From: an uncultured Chthoniobacterales bacterium
GTDB taxonomy: Bacteria; Verrucomicrobiota; Verrucomicrobiia; Chthoniobacterales; CALDSX01
Reading direction: 5' to 3'
DNA: 58,455 bases
NCBI GenBank assembly: GCA_964652295.1
Contig: CAZZCL010000007.1
Location: 1 to 58,455 of the forward strand
The position numbers were made by a program, and so were the translations under genes. Below are positions 50,101 through 57,731 of the stretch, one piece after another (positions within the stretch are counted from its first letter, which is position 1; every line of letters begins with the position of its first letter). The notes beneath the pieces were generated by a model. The model saw only the letters and a list, made by a program, of their open reading frames with translations. It was not told the origin of the DNA and made no database searches.

Positions 50101-50249
50101 CCTCGACCGATCTCATGCAGTGGGATCCGGCAACACCCGTCCGTCACGACATCCAATCGCGAGGCGACTACGAACGGCATTCCCTGAGGTTTTCCCTCGG
50201 AAGCGATCCCCTTTTCCTTCGCCTGAACGTCAACCTGATTGCAGAATGA
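44109..50249 (+). CDS. Giant (~2050 aa) secreted multidomain protein: unassigned N-domain, 2 Ig-like, PA14-like, FN3-like, 2 copies of an unknown duplicated domain, 4 PKD-like repeats, an RCC1 propeller and the shared C-terminal module
   Basis: The ORF begins at 44022 (TTG). Plausible starts are ATG 44067, 44109 or 44136, ahead of the signal peptide ACVKAVVAVAAILIPGLCMAGG. Ig-like: DGATLSGSIPLQVSAS...DGWHELRVIAYN. PA14-like: GFLARETAIYDFAFQGGAQFEFLVDGESL...AGWHELRVRVWD. RCC1 repeats: VWTWGDNDSGQLGDGTT, VVGWGDNYGGELGTG, VMAWGENYYGKLGNGTT and LYAWGRAATGMLANG. Confidence 0.8.
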   Translation: MTRMRPHSGMACVKAVVAVAAILIPGLCMAGGGPHNWIAVYDPGDPHSVAVAHYYQQARSFPEANMMPYLFPRVDDATNSIKDKLTASECWTLIGAIRAHATERGILDQIHGVTLLGRTPTTVSTASGFSGSAGITSALAVAPGTTTQSQWENRVDDYSMLFRGTDFAGAIPMPTTEIRSDLEFFGQRYWLSTVMAYTGLEGLRPDEVFHWIDRGVGADGTAPEGTVYRCVNDDHLRSGTREWQIAPTTAEWDSLGLAYAVEGRSYDGTVYGGIDDNVSEPRNKTGAPGSYPVNQRAIQGVIAGGRDTSPDTAGSLYLPGALAEHMTSLGGKFGDVFAWGQMPITEWIRYGATGSSGTVMEPTALWYKFAHARLHTHYFNGATLAEAFAQAQKLQYQNITLGEALCQPYAKIPQVAIANVADGATLSGSIPLQVSASGERPLEANLDLAIDGRVIATGESLTLDTTTLSDGWHELRVIAYNADAVRTQGVAVRGVFVNNAGASVSLTGDASVDRGDTVSLTATVSGVANATGVEIRFCGQVLATLSAGGGSVEIDADRLGYQTPNRLYAVALTADDRPVSSGPHTVAVHWAPKPPIEDLRVASRAIAQARYFPNATAPGFDWDTASPAAVQLVDDRNELRFTGTGDYPFLEDGGETETGIEFITGFLARETAIYDFAFQGGAQFEFLVDGESLIRKTKTTSGIHFAPVMLEAGWHELRVRVWDTNALSGLDVAVRAPYTIKFTGSGVSDDLIYDFEYLALEHVRAIQPETLGGPELALEVTSPGSLAFAWRDTLVNESGWEVGRDVASSGVELTDVGAYLGTNTPPEIHPRFSDEGMRPDARVSNDDPERWTNVPALYAEGDRLITARADNGDKGANILYKVNVPAGVSIYAIVNSSNKQPTWMSNQGGWESFGMKPESELTRRYVVWVKRPSATAATVELGGPGTTSGIDAHGISFVFLREPSRQGYSGPSTTPSFELLDSGDLLKKGGFVAIDKQGSNDDKWKTVPTWLQGERRLFTAQADNADGGATPLHNILVPPGFSVYAIFEASSDSVQPAWMSAQSGWSFIDETIASNQSTDWKIWKRGPLEDLESLDLGGPLAGKRAISYVFIREDDWLPIATAPTNATTAVATGQPGGLQRYRLRAEMAPDILLPGPHIAIDPSVPTADTAPSVHAGEEFSTSLPAPAVPLTGSATDTDTPSASLTFTWSKLDGPGSVTFADASSATTSASFGTVGSHTLQLEASDGVSSGFDTVVVNVVGGAVGNTAPSVEAGANQSIHVAQSIPLQGSVADDGLPAPASSLTVAWRQLSGPGTVTFVDRRNPVSLAHFPAAGSYVLELSASDGSATSTDTVTFTASSNPNAAPSVDLGPPRHAFFGAPLVLNPSVADDGNPAPPGTLAVQWYAMSGPSWAEFTSDDTSATSVNFGAVGDYVLRLVASDGARTTVRDLQVNVAYDDGENAAPLVNAGADTSVDFPKTLQLNATATDDGRPAPPGVMTHAWSKLSGPGDILYELIDGGPDALMKFTAAGNYELQLESSDGNLSATDRVLVTVRPAAGRVVYAWGYNFRGQAGVPTTDSFVTTPFPIEGGVRDMEPGQNSSYAVRVNGEFSSTGLNSQGSLGDPGLALGVWRRSFVAVPGLTNIVQASTSRDGGAALDASGRVWTWGDNDSGQLGDGTTADRPTPALVPGLDGVIAIACGSDRVLALKSDGTVVGWGDNYGGELGTGLEKNDYLTPIAMSGVDDAVAIAAGSIMTAILREDGTVWTCGAAGNRELGQGDGVLKSLLPGQVADPLDPSGYLQDVVKIVMDLDHCLALKADGTVMAWGENYYGKLGNGTTNGVNTAIPVPGLIGIVDIAASESNSFAVASDGTLYAWGRAATGMLANGIAGGPDRLSPAAVTGLPPIAQIFATSETAFAVTPWSHDAYAAQFFPRAEIDAGLAAPLVDSDGDSRVTLLEYVLRTDPRAPDRPALYRGIIDGEEFVFEVELADVPDATVAFETSTDLMQWDPATPVRHDIQSRGDYERHSLRFSLGSDPLFLRLNVNLIAE
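46617..47447 (+). repeat. Tandem duplication of an unassigned ~125-aa domain within the giant protein
   Basis: Copy 1 is NDDPERWTNVPALYAEGDRLITARADNGDKGANILYKVNVPAGVSIYAIV...PTWMSNQGGWE...ISFVFLRE. Copy 2 is SNDDKWKTVPTWLQGERRLFTAQADNADGGATPLHNILVPPGFSVYAIF...PAWMSAQSGWS...ISYVFIRE. Confidence 0.7.
47616..48764 (+). repeat. Four tandem PKD/Ig-like repeats (~95 aa each) within the giant protein
   Basis: The repeats start APSVHAG, APSVEAG, APSVDLG and APLVNAG. Each contains a D(D/T)(G/D)-type loop, a W..LSGPG.V.F core and an ..L.L.ASDG motif. Confidence 0.75.
48777..49856 (+). repeat. RCC1-type beta-propeller blades within the giant protein
   Basis: The WG.N..GQLG/ELG/KLG signatures recur about every 50-55 aa, giving roughly seven blades. 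Confidence 0.75.
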
Positions 50250-52984
50250 GTATGGCGATGAAAAACATCCGCCAATTCCTTGGCGGGTTCGCTCCGTTTC
50301 TCTGCATCCACCGAACAACCATGCAGATCGGAGTGCTGATGGCGTGCGCCTTCACCGCCGCCGCCGATCCGATGCTACCGGCGACATTCGAAGTGACAAC
50401 GGAGATCGAAGTGCCCGCCGATCAGGTCAAACCGCTGGGGTTTGGCGGTTGGCTCAATAACGGACCCGTCTGCTGGAGCGGCAACAATCTGATCAAGTGG
50501 GGCGATTTCGAACCTTACTCCTGCCGCCTGTTCGCGCTGGTCACATCGGTCGGTTCCGACGGTGCCGTGCTGGACGATTGGGTGCCGGACAGCAAGGACG
50601 GTTTCATGAACGGTGCCACGGTGCGGGTTTATCGGATCGTGGACCGTGACGGCAGGCCGTTGCCCGAGGCCCAACCGGATAAGTCGGGCGACGCCTACCT
50701 TGACCTGAAAAACGCCGACCGAATCGAATTCGTCGGCACCGGGACGGTCAAGGAATGGCGGATGCTTGGTTCGAGCTGGCGCGATTTCGCAAGCGAAATG
50801 GTCCTTCAGGACGGCCCGGATCTGCGGCCGCATGACGCCGTCTTCGTCGAAAGCCGCTTTGCCCAGCCCGATCCCGAGCTGCTTCTGCCGACCGCACTGG
50901 AGAAGGCCAAGCCGAACCGCGTGGCGGATCGCAGCGGCTGGCAGGCCAGCGACGGCGCGCCCGTGCGTTTCACCCGCGTCATGCACGACGAGGCGACCAA
51001 GGCTCGGTTTGGAGAAACCTTCCGCGACAGTTGCCTGCGCGTCGATGTCTCCGGGGCCAGCGAACAGACGATCAAACAAACCGCCTTCGGCCCGGCGAAA
51101 CAAACCTTCTACGGCCAGCTCGAGCCCGGCAAGAACTACCGCCTTGCCATCTGGATGAAGGCCGAGGGCCTCGCGGGCGGCGATGTCGTTTTCGGTCTCG
51201 GCGACGCCTACCCCAGTGTGAGCCACGCCTTCACCGTGAGTGAGCGATGGGAGTGCCACACCTTCGACTTCGTCGGCCCCGATGTTCCAGAGAAAGGCCT
51301 GGGTGGTGCGCAGTTGACGATCACCGGCCCGGGCACGCTTTGGATGGACAACGCTCGGCTCTTCCGCTGGGACACGCCGGAAGACAAGGAGAAACCGTTC
51401 GTCCCCAACCGAACCATCCTGGATGTCATCCGGGCAAGTCAGCCACCTGCAGGAGAAAAGGGCCTCGCCCGCTGCACGGGCGGCCTTTGGGAAAAGAGCA
51501 TGGATTCGCTCCTGAGCTGGACCTGGCACGGCGACCAGCCCTATCGCGGCAATTTCGGCATGGTCGAGTCCCTGCCGGTTGCGCTGACCTACATGGAACT
51601 CACCGGGGACAGTCCAGAGACGCGCATGCAGCCGATGCTGACGCTCGGCCTGTTCTACAACGAACAGGAGTGGCAAGACCTCATCGAGTATCTGGCCGTC
51701 CCCTACGACCCGGCGACGGACACCCCGGAATCCAAGCCCTACGCCCACCGCCGCTTTACGCAGCGCGGCCACGGCAACCCTTGGACCGACACCTTCCGCA
51801 AGTTCATCATCGAGATGGGTAACGAAAACTGGCACAACCGCAAAATGCAGGAGTTCACTGGCTTCGGCCGCCGCAACGCCATCTGGCAGGACGGACTGCA
51901 ATATGGCATGTTCTGCCGCTACCTCTACGAAAACAGTTGGCGGAAAAGTCCGTATTGGAAGCAGCTCGGACTCGAAGGCAAATTCGATCTCTACGTCACC
52001 GGGGGCTATCAGGATGGTTTGGACAAATCGGGAGTGGCGAAGGGATACGGCCCCGATGCGGTTCGAGGCGCGGCACCGCAGGCACGCTGGTGCAGCATGG
52101 GCCTCTATGTCGGGCCCAAGGGCGAGGTCGGCGAGCAGGGAGAATCCACGCTGAACGACGGCGGTTATCAGAAGTGCCTGTTCGGCTACCAGGTCTACGC
52201 ACGGCATCAGACTCGCGCGGCAGGCGAAGCCCACAAGGTCATGGCCGCGCTGGAGATGCCCTATGACCTGCTGGCCTACGAAACCGGACCGACGGGTTTC
52301 ATTGTCGGCCCCGGACAGGGAGAACTTAAACAGGTGAGCGAATTCTACGGCAAGTCCAAGGCCACCGGCGTCGCCTGCATGGACGCCTGGCTGGATGCAC
52401 CGTCGCACGGGTTTCAGTGGATGGCCTATAGTGCCTTGAACCAGGGCACCGGTTTTTCCAGTCACACCTCCTTCGGGCAGGGCCTGCACCCTACGCCTGC
52501 ATGGCAGGCGATGGTGCTGCGTAACAGTGAAATTCGCGGCGACAAGGTCAAAGTGACGGAGACCTCCCTGCCGACGATGACCCTTGTCCGCACCAACAAG
52601 GCAAAAACGATCCGGCACGAAAACCAACCGCTGGTGCGTTGCTACGCCTTCCGCGATGGAGACCGTTGGATGGTCTGCCTGCTCTCCCTCAAGGCCGACG
52701 GCGAGCATGACGGGATCGATTTTGGAGATGGCGTCACGCCTTGCTCAGTGAAGCTGCCCTTTTCGAGAGCTCAGAAGATCACCTTGCACACGCTCACCGG
52801 TGGCCTGCGTGACACCAATCTGGAGGAGTTGAAAGTGGAGCGCGTGTCCATCGATATCCCGGCGACTGCGCTGGTAGATGGTGTCCTGGCCGTGAATCAA
52901 CATGCGGGTAGTCCGGTCGGAGGATTACCTCCGGGTGAGCTGCTCCTCTACGTTTTTGAAGAAACCTCCGGGTATTCCGAGTAA
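50246..52984 (+). CDS. Secreted CBM-like domain plus clan GH-A-like TIM-barrel hydrolase (family unassigned)
   Basis: ORF 50120..52984 trimmed to ATG 50246 (ATGA overlap with the giant gene stop). The hydrophobic leader is MQIGVLMACAFTAAADP. A beta-sandwich-like region reads QLEPGKNYRLAIWMKAEGLAGGDVVFG. A candidate acid/base motif is FIIEMGNENWHN. Confidence 0.45.
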   Translation: MSMAMKNIRQFLGGFAPFLCIHRTTMQIGVLMACAFTAAADPMLPATFEVTTEIEVPADQVKPLGFGGWLNNGPVCWSGNNLIKWGDFEPYSCRLFALVTSVGSDGAVLDDWVPDSKDGFMNGATVRVYRIVDRDGRPLPEAQPDKSGDAYLDLKNADRIEFVGTGTVKEWRMLGSSWRDFASEMVLQDGPDLRPHDAVFVESRFAQPDPELLLPTALEKAKPNRVADRSGWQASDGAPVRFTRVMHDEATKARFGETFRDSCLRVDVSGASEQTIKQTAFGPAKQTFYGQLEPGKNYRLAIWMKAEGLAGGDVVFGLGDAYPSVSHAFTVSERWECHTFDFVGPDVPEKGLGGAQLTITGPGTLWMDNARLFRWDTPEDKEKPFVPNRTILDVIRASQPPAGEKGLARCTGGLWEKSMDSLLSWTWHGDQPYRGNFGMVESLPVALTYMELTGDSPETRMQPMLTLGLFYNEQEWQDLIEYLAVPYDPATDTPESKPYAHRRFTQRGHGNPWTDTFRKFIIEMGNENWHNRKMQEFTGFGRRNAIWQDGLQYGMFCRYLYENSWRKSPYWKQLGLEGKFDLYVTGGYQDGLDKSGVAKGYGPDAVRGAAPQARWCSMGLYVGPKGEVGEQGESTLNDGGYQKCLFGYQVYARHQTRAAGEAHKVMAALEMPYDLLAYETGPTGFIVGPGQGELKQVSEFYGKSKATGVACMDAWLDAPSHGFQWMAYSALNQGTGFSSHTSFGQGLHPTPAWQAMVLRNSEIRGDKVKVTETSLPTMTLVRTNKAKTIRHENQPLVRCYAFRDGDRWMVCLLSLKADGEHDGIDFGDGVTPCSVKLPFSRAQKITLHTLTGGLRDTNLEELKVERVSIDIPATALVDGVLAVNQHAGSPVGGLPPGELLLYVFEETSGYSE

Positions 52985-53010
52985 GTTTTCTGATGCCATA
53001 ATTTGCAAAC

Positions 53011-54786
53011 ATGAAGAACCATCTCATTCGCTCGACTATCTTGCGGCAGCGAATTTCTCTCTCGTTTGTCGTTGCCGTCGTCGCACTCCTAACATGCCCC
53101 GGCGCAATACCGTTCCTCCGGGGGGCCCCGAATATCATTCTTTTCTACATGGACGACTTGGGCTATGGGGACATCGGCCCTTTCGGTTCCACCATCAACC
53201 GCACTCCCCATCTCGACCAGCTTGCCGCCGAAGGCCGCAAGCTCACGTCGTTTTACGGGGCGCCGGTCTGCACGCCCAGCCGGTCCGCGCTCATGACCGG
53301 CTGCTATCCGCCGCGCGTCGGCATGGGGCAAAACCATTTCCCAGGTCGCACCTTCGGCATCCATCCCGATGAACTCACCCTGCCCGAACTGCTCAAAGAA
53401 CAAGGCTACACCACCCACATGCTCGGCAAATGGCACTTGGGTGACCAGGTTCCGTTCCTGCCCGCCGCGCAGGGGTTCGATACCTACCTCGGCATTCCGG
53501 GGTCGAATAATTTCTGGGAGCCGACCTACCCCCCGATGCCTCTGATTCGCAACACGCGCGTCGTCGACCGCATCACGGAGAACGATCAGCAGCGGGCACT
53601 CACGCGGGCTTTCACGGAGGAGGCGGTCCGCATCATTTTGGAGGCCGGGGACACCCCGTTCTTTCTCTACGTCGCCCATATCGCCGTCCATCTGCCGCTT
53701 CGCCCCGGCTACGAATTTCTCGGCGGCAATCCCAACGGACCCAAAAGCGACTGGATCGAGGAAGTTGACTGGGGCGTCGGCGAGGTGATGCAAGCCTTGC
53801 GCGACCATGACCTCGACGACAACACGGTGGTGATTTTCGCCTCGGACAATGGAGGCACGCAGCCGAGCCAGAACCAACCGTTGAGGGGAGTGAAGTCTGA
53901 GACGCTCGAGGGCGGCATACGCACGCCGTTCATCGCATGGTATCCCGCCGAAATCCCGCCTGGGTCGGAATCCGACGCGATCGTCGCCTCCTTCGACCTG
54001 CTGCCGACCCTGGTGGGCCTGGCGGGCGGACAGCCGCCCCAGGACCGCATCATTGACGGGCGCGATCTTTGGCCGCTTGTCACCGCCGAGCCGGGTGCTT
54101 CACCTCCGCATGACAGCTTCGCTTATTATCGGGCCAACACGCTTGAGGCGGTTCGCTCCGGACCCTGGAAGCTGTTTGTTGCCGGAGCCCAGGCAGGAAA
54201 TCTCTACAACCTCGATACTGACATCCACGAAGATAACAATGTTTACAATGACAACCCCGACATCGTTGCGCAACTGACAGCGCTCGCCAACGCATATATC
54301 GCGGATGTCAACGGCACCGGAGCACGACCTGCGGGCAATTTTACAGATCCGCTTCCTTTGATCAATGACGACGGCACGGTTCGCCCGGACGCCATAGGTG
54401 CCACGTTCGCGGAGTATATGAACACGTTTTTCAAGCCTGCTGAGCGTGTTGCTGGTCTCGCCGACCCTTTGCAGAATTCGGACGGCGATCACAACGTTTT
54501 GCTTCTCGAGTATCTATTTCGGACGAATCCGACGATCGCCGACAAGCCCGCCATTCAAAGCCAGCGAGTGGAGGGCAATCAATTTGTCATGGAGTTTGGC
54601 CTCGCTCCTGTCGCGGACTTCTCTGTCAGTTACCAGGCGTCGGACGACCTTGTCGGCTGGAATCCCGCCGAGCCGATCGAATATGAAATTATTCCCGAGG
54701 GCATCATCGACCGCCATGTTCTAACGTTCCCGTTGGGCAATATCTCCCGATTCTGGCGCCTTCAAGCCGACCCCGTTTCTCCTTAG
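53011..54786 (+). CDS. Secreted arylsulfatase-A-like Cys-type sulfatase carrying the shared ~118-aa C-terminal module
   Basis: Motifs NIILFYMDDLGYGDIG and CTPSRSALMTGCYPPRVGM are present. From residue ~473 (nt 54427) the sequence FFKPAERVAGLADPLQNSDGDHNVLLLEYLFRTNP... is homologous to the last ~118 aa of the giant protein. Confidence 0.85.
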   Translation: MKNHLIRSTILRQRISLSFVVAVVALLTCPGAIPFLRGAPNIILFYMDDLGYGDIGPFGSTINRTPHLDQLAAEGRKLTSFYGAPVCTPSRSALMTGCYPPRVGMGQNHFPGRTFGIHPDELTLPELLKEQGYTTHMLGKWHLGDQVPFLPAAQGFDTYLGIPGSNNFWEPTYPPMPLIRNTRVVDRITENDQQRALTRAFTEEAVRIILEAGDTPFFLYVAHIAVHLPLRPGYEFLGGNPNGPKSDWIEEVDWGVGEVMQALRDHDLDDNTVVIFASDNGGTQPSQNQPLRGVKSETLEGGIRTPFIAWYPAEIPPGSESDAIVASFDLLPTLVGLAGGQPPQDRIIDGRDLWPLVTAEPGASPPHDSFAYYRANTLEAVRSGPWKLFVAGAQAGNLYNLDTDIHEDNNVYNDNPDIVAQLTALANAYIADVNGTGARPAGNFTDPLPLINDDGTVRPDAIGATFAEYMNTFFKPAERVAGLADPLQNSDGDHNVLLLEYLFRTNPTIADKPAIQSQRVEGNQFVMEFGLAPVADFSVSYQASDDLVGWNPAEPIEYEIIPEGIIDRHVLTFPLGNISRFWRLQADPVSP

Positions 54787-54865
54787 TTGGAATCGCCGTA
54801 CCGACACACCAGACCTACCGGAACCAGAAGGCTCAACAGACCATTCCGAAACCCATTCAAAACCT

Positions 54866-57727
54866 ATGAAATCCACAATACTGATGATGAACCGCTTCCG
54901 GGCGGCAACGTTCCTGGCTGCATTTCTGGCGGCAGGATGGACAGCGGCGCAGGCTGCGGACTGGGAAGCCGTGCCCTTCAACCAAACGGATTTGCGATTT
55001 GACGAGGGAGGCGAAGCCGCCTTTGACCTGAAACTCGATCTCGCGGGGCCCAAGAACTCCCAAGCGGTGCTCAAGTCAACTGTTCGTGTCGAAGGGGAGA
55101 CCCGTGTTTGGGCGGGGAGCGTCGATTTCATGAGCGGCCCGCGGGGGGCTCGTAAGGCCATTGCGGAGGCGGACCTCGATTATCGCGTCACGACTGCGGG
55201 CGACCGGCGCGTCGGGATCGATGTCGCTCTCGAAAGCGCCGAGAAGTCCGTGGGCGCAACCATGCGCCTGCTTCCGCGTCGGGTCCTGGCGGGCGAAGCC
55301 AAGGCGGTGGATTCGGCAGGCAAAACGACCACATTTCCCATGCCGACCTTCCAGCAGGAGGATGTCATCGACGAAGCGGTTCTGAACCAGGTGGCCGGTG
55401 GCGCTCAGTTGGATAATCGGACAAAAACCATCGAGCGCGTCGACATCGTGCGCGTCGAGCTGCCGACCGCCGGTGGCCAGCCCGTCGTCCTTTCGTGGGA
55501 CCGACCGGTGCGATTGGTCGCTGAAGCCCACGAACTCAAGTTCGACATCGGAACCGGCGCAAAACTCGAGGTCGAAACGCCGGGAGCCCTGCGCTTCGAG
55601 CCGTCCAATCGCGTGGTGGATACCTCCAGTTGGTTCGAGTTGAAGGTCGAGAACGATCCTGCCGCATCCAGCGTCATTGGGATGGAGAGCTGGATGCATT
55701 TTCCCGCCGGCAAACACGGCCACCTCGTCGAAAAAGGCGACCACTTCGAATTCGCCGACGGCACGCCTGCGGTCTTCTGGGGTGCGGGTATTGTTAATCC
55801 ATTGGCCGACCGAGGGAAGGAGCTCAGCCTCAAGCGGGCGCGGCTTATGAGAAAATACGGGATGAACGTCACCCGCATCGGGGCCTTCCTGAAACCGGTG
55901 GATGGTGGTTGGTGTCACTACGGAAAAATCGAAGGGGCGAAGAACGCCGTGACATTCGACCCCAAAGAACTCGCGTTGTTGGATCAGGACTTCGCGACAC
56001 TCAAGGAGCATGGTGTATATACCTGCCTGACACCGTTCTACGGTCTCTGGCCTTCCGATAACGACGAGCAGCGCTTCGTCAACTACAGTGAGGCGAAGAC
56101 CCTGCTCCGGAAGGACGGGTTCTTCAAAGGCAGTTTCTACGGGCACATGAGTCTGGTGCCCGAAGCGCGTGAAATCATGGCCGAGCGTTTTGTGGCTTTT
56201 CTCAACCACGTCAATCCAAACACCGGCCTGCGCTACGCGGAGGACCCGGCGGTCATCCGCATCGAAATTCAGAACGAGGACAGCGGGTTCCTGACCCTGC
56301 ATAAGCTCGACGCAGCCCTCAAAAATGCGCCGACCTACCGGAAAATGATCAACGAACGGTTCTCCGATTGGCTGAAGGAGAAATATTCGAATCAGGAGGC
56401 TCTGGCCAAGGCCTGGGGCAAGGAATTAAAGAAAAATGAAATTCTTGAGAAGGGCAACGTTTCCCCCTTTCCGGGATGGTTCGACAAAGCCACGCCACGC
56501 ATTGCCGATCAACTGGCGTTCCACACCGACCTCCAGCGGGAGTTCTACGGCAATATCGTCAAAGCCATCCGCAGCACGGGCTACCAAGGCACCATCGTGG
56601 GTTCCAATTGGCATGGCATGGCTTGGCCCGCCCACCTGGCAAACCTCCTGACCGATACCGAGATTGGCCATATCGACCGCCACAGCTATGCCGAGCCCAG
56701 CATGACCCAGCCGGGTCATGGTATGTTGGCCAAGGGGTTCACTCAGGTCGACGGACTTGCGTTTGGGATGTCCGAATGGGCGGGGAGAGGACATCGCACC
56801 GGGCAAAACTCCTTGGATGAAGCCATCTTTGGTGTTTACGGCATGGGCTTGCAGGGCTGGGACCTTTCGCTCCACAACGCCTTACGTCATGGTGACATCC
56901 GCACGTCGCTGTCCCATAACGTCAACGACACCGTCAACTGCTTCAGTGCCATCGTCCAATACCCCGCCCTGGCCCGCATGGTATTTCGGGGCGATGTCAA
57001 AGAAGGCGACGTGCTGGTGAATCGCCGCGTCAGCATCCCCCGCCTGCTGAAAACAGGCGAGGTAGGGTTCGAGGAGCCTTACAGCCCCTTTAGGACGACC
57101 GCAGGTGTTGACTATGCCGCGCCCAAAGCGGCCCTCGCCGCTGGTCGTGTGGTCATGGAATTCGTGGACGGACCGGTGGACCAACCCGTGATCGACAAAT
57201 CCGGGGAATTCATTGACACGGCCAACGGCGTCGTCCGTTCAAACACCGGGCAGCTGCAATGGTTTTGGAAACCGAAAGCCTATTTCACGGTCGACACACC
57301 GGGGACCAAAGGCGTTGTGGGCTACAGCAGCGGGTCCCACGAGCTGGGCGATGTGGTGATCGACTCGAAATTACCCTACGGGCACGTGTTCGTATCCGCT
57401 CTTGACAAGGATGCTGCCACCGCCACCGCTCCTCGCCTGCTGGTCACCGCCTTCGGGCGCACCGTCAACAAGGGAACGGTCTTTGACGAGCTGAGCGACC
57501 GCCCGCTAAAATCGCCCCCGCCCGATGACGGCCCCGTGCTGATCGAGCCAGTCAAGGCCACAATCCTGCTCAAGGGCCGGAACACCGCCAAGGTCTGCGC
57601 CCTCGATCACGAGGGCCGCAAACCCGATAACGCGATGGAAATCCCGACCCAAACCCCCCCCGACGGTCTCAGCATATCCATAGACGGCAGCGTCTCGAAG
57701 ACCGTCTATTACCTCATCGAGTTTTAA
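54866..57727 (+). CDS. Secreted 953-aa clan GH-A-like glycoside hydrolase (family unassigned)
   Basis: Signal peptide FRAATFLAAFLAAGWTAAQA. TIM-barrel-like segments are RARLMRKYGMNVTRIGAF, LKEHGVYTCLTPFYG and AVIRIEIQNEDSGF (NE-type acid/base motif). Confidence 0.45.
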   Translation: MKSTILMMNRFRAATFLAAFLAAGWTAAQAADWEAVPFNQTDLRFDEGGEAAFDLKLDLAGPKNSQAVLKSTVRVEGETRVWAGSVDFMSGPRGARKAIAEADLDYRVTTAGDRRVGIDVALESAEKSVGATMRLLPRRVLAGEAKAVDSAGKTTTFPMPTFQQEDVIDEAVLNQVAGGAQLDNRTKTIERVDIVRVELPTAGGQPVVLSWDRPVRLVAEAHELKFDIGTGAKLEVETPGALRFEPSNRVVDTSSWFELKVENDPAASSVIGMESWMHFPAGKHGHLVEKGDHFEFADGTPAVFWGAGIVNPLADRGKELSLKRARLMRKYGMNVTRIGAFLKPVDGGWCHYGKIEGAKNAVTFDPKELALLDQDFATLKEHGVYTCLTPFYGLWPSDNDEQRFVNYSEAKTLLRKDGFFKGSFYGHMSLVPEAREIMAERFVAFLNHVNPNTGLRYAEDPAVIRIEIQNEDSGFLTLHKLDAALKNAPTYRKMINERFSDWLKEKYSNQEALAKAWGKELKKNEILEKGNVSPFPGWFDKATPRIADQLAFHTDLQREFYGNIVKAIRSTGYQGTIVGSNWHGMAWPAHLANLLTDTEIGHIDRHSYAEPSMTQPGHGMLAKGFTQVDGLAFGMSEWAGRGHRTGQNSLDEAIFGVYGMGLQGWDLSLHNALRHGDIRTSLSHNVNDTVNCFSAIVQYPALARMVFRGDVKEGDVLVNRRVSIPRLLKTGEVGFEEPYSPFRTTAGVDYAAPKAALAAGRVVMEFVDGPVDQPVIDKSGEFIDTANGVVRSNTGQLQWFWKPKAYFTVDTPGTKGVVGYSSGSHELGDVVIDSKLPYGHVFVSALDKDAATATAPRLLVTAFGRTVNKGTVFDELSDRPLKSPPPDDGPVLIEPVKATILLKGRNTAKVCALDHEGRKPDNAMEIPTQTPPDGLSISIDGSVSKTVYYLIEF

Positions 57728-57731
57728 ATCT

